Below, one piece after another: positions 62,001 to 64,000 of a stretch of DNA of 64,000 nt (positions are counted from its first letter, which is position 1; each line of letters begins with the position of its first letter). Position numbers and translations under genes: made by a program. The notes below the pieces were generated by a model. That model made no database searches and was not told the DNA's origin. It saw only the letters and a program-made list of their open reading frames with translations. The stretch is from NCBI GenBank assembly GCA_964035545.1, contig OZ037771.1, forward strand, positions 11,288,480 through 11,352,479, read 5' to 3'. This DNA is from Bugula neritina (Eukaryota; Animalia; Bryozoa).

Positions 62001-62799
62001 AGTTTAGTCGTTTTACTGATCTGTTGGTCAGCTATTTTATTATTATAACTGTTTTGTCTCCTTACAATTTTAAGCAATTTATGAGGCTCAAATCTTCTCA
62101 TTTGAGACAATTGTCATATTTAATATGTAATATTATGCTAATCACACAGACCTCTATTAGCGGTATCAGGTAGACATCATGTTGACCAGGTAGACACCAT
62201 GCTGACCAGGTAGACACCATGTTGACCAGGTAGACACCGTGTTGACCAGGTAGACACCGTGCTGACCAGGTAGACACCGTGTTGACCAGGTAGACATCGT
62301 GTTGACCAGGTAGACACCATGTTGACCAGGTAGACACCATGTTGACCAGGTAGACATCGTGTTGACCAGGTAGACATCATGTTGACCAGGTAGACACCGT
62401 GTTGACCAGGTAGACACTGTGTTGACCAGGTAGACACCATGTTGACCAGGTAGACACCATGTTGACCAGGTAGACATCGTGTTGACCAGGTAGACATCGT
62501 GTTGACCAGGTAGACATCGTGTTGACCAGGTAGACATCGTGTTGACCAGGTAGACACTGTGTTGACCAGGTAGACACCATGTTGACCAGGTAGACACCGT
62601 GCTGACCAGGTAGACACCGTGTTGTTCTATGCTGACGCCATGCTGACCAGGTAGACACCGTGTTGTTCTATGCTGACAGGGTCCAGCCAAGGAGCCTGAG
62701 ATCCATCAGTATCTTAGAATATGCAGAAGTTGCTATGAAGTTAAGAAGAATTCCCAGTTACAAAGAGAAAGAGATATTATATTGAAGGTTCAACAGATG
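59054..62799 (+). CDS. Double-FYVE zinc-finger protein, Vac1/Pep7/rabenosyn-5-like, spliced, 5' portion (continues past right edge)
   Basis: Exons 59054-59192, 59423-59528, 60340-60430, 60601-60716, 61170-61314, 61773-61973 and 62680-62799 join in phase. They encode GISRSHWVPK..CKARSC..F..NCYRCGEVFCRQC..RL..YDPQGKFYKVCKLC, then GATRSMMKEFRQLR, then CNICKQKFEMLFKSRHHCSICGDAVCDSC...LRICRSC. Confidence 0.85.
62166..62678. repeat. 20-bp minisatellite (GTTGACCAGGTAGACAYCRT)n
   Basis: Direct reading, ~24 units, ending at a splice acceptor. Confidence 0.96.
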
Positions 62800-62999
62800 G
62801 TGAGTATATGTACTCTGATATTTCTCGGGTGTTGTAATCCGTTCCACTGGATACTGGTTGTTATTATATTGCCTGGGCATTGCAACTGCTACTAGTACCA
62901 AAAACCTAATATGCTTATAAAATAGTATACTCATTCCTAGTGCATTCACCTAGATTTACATCCGTTGTCAGTTTTTGCTTTCTTATTATTTATAGTATA

Positions 63000-63445
63000 A
63001 AGTTGCGTTTATACCTTCATGATATAAATTCAGTTGAAATTTCACCGAGTTGCATTGCATTGTAAAAGCCACTCGTCAAAATTTTTATACTGTGATAACT
63101 TAATCGGCCGAGTTCAGAATATTACTCAAAAGGAGTAATAACTTCTTGTAAATATTGGTATTTAATTATGATTTTTTGCGATTAGATGACGTATGTGCTT
63201 ATATGTTAATAATTATATCACCTACGCCTTCTCAATTATCGCTTTTATGCTGTCAACTTTACTAATTCACGACATTTTCAAAAGGCATCAAATAGCAATT
63301 ACGCGAGTCAGATTTCACTTTTAGAAAGTAAGCTTCCGCATCAATATGATTTCACCGAGTTTCAGTTTGACTATAAAGGGGTACTCGAGCGAGTGTTTTT
63401 AACTGAAACTTGGTACTTTTTTCAGCAGAGGTATAACCGCAACTT
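63000..63445 (+). mobile_element. MITE family A, copy 3
   Basis: Same TIRs and body as 4725-5187; TAA flanks. Confidence 0.85.
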
Positions 63446-63619
63446 AATTCCGTTATTAAATAACTAGCAATTGAAGCATTTTTTCATTTGTGTGATGTGG
63501 CATATTCTGATGTGATATGATGCAATATAATGATACCGTGTATTCTAATTTGATATGATGTAATAGACTATGATATAATATAATCTGATATGGTATACTC
63601 TAATGTGATACAGTTTGAT

Positions 63620-64000
63620 ATGATAAAATATAATACGATGTTGTATATTATAATATGATATAATAGAATATAATATAACATGATGTTGTATATTATAATA
63701 TGATATAATAGAATATAATATAACATGATGTTGTATATTATAATATGATATAATAGAATATAATATAACATGGTGTTGTATATTATAATATGATATAATA
63801 GAATATAATATAACATGGTGTTGTATATTATAATATGATATAATAGAATATAATATAACATGATGTTGTATATTATAATATGATATAATAGAATATAATA
63901 TAACATGGTGTTGTATATTATAATATGATATAATAGAATTTAATATAACATGGTGTTGTATATTATAATATGATATAACAGAATTTAATATAACATGGTG
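63620..64000. repeat. ~45-bp AT-rich minisatellite
   Basis: atgRtgttgtatattataatatgatataatagaatataatataac repeated to the window edge. Confidence 0.93.

Noticed and set aside
61605-62048. Stand-alone 147-aa FYVE ORF
   Set aside because: Only 61773-61973 is exon; the flanks are intron read-through of the spliced FYVE gene
62166-62678. CRISPR-like regular repeat, and ORFs 62098-62690
   Set aside because: Head-to-tail 20-bp units with no unique spacers, no cas genes, inside a eukaryotic intron

Overview
AT-rich, intron-rich animal (invertebrate) genomic DNA; the organism cannot be identified from sequence alone. Most of the window (190-56357, minus strand) is the 5' part of a HERC2 E3 ubiquitin ligase gene. 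I traced about 54 coding exons by splice signals and phase: N-terminus, RCC1-like domain 1, cytochrome-b5-like, MIB/HERC2, UBA-like, CPH, ZZ and the start of DOC; the gene runs off the left edge. Head-to-head with it, a plus-strand gene for a double-FYVE Vac1/Pep7/rabenosyn-like protein starts at 59054 and runs off the right edge. One 18-kb HERC2 intron (10215-28192) holds a pile-up of transposons, all antisense to the host gene. The main ones are a young full-length Gypsy LTR retrotransposon (738-bp LTRs, ACTT TSD, tRNA-Leu PBS, -1 frameshift gag-pol) carrying an extra third ORF with two C2H2 zinc fingers, a decayed KDZ (Kyakuja-type, CxC5/CxC6) transposase gene that the Gypsy lies just 3' of, a gag-only LTR remnant and RTE LINE pieces. 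Other introns carry a three-copy MITE family, a 3.3-kb TIR element, tRNA-derived SINEs and many minisatellites, several of which duplicate splice sites. Exon coordinates were read by hand and may be off by a few bases.
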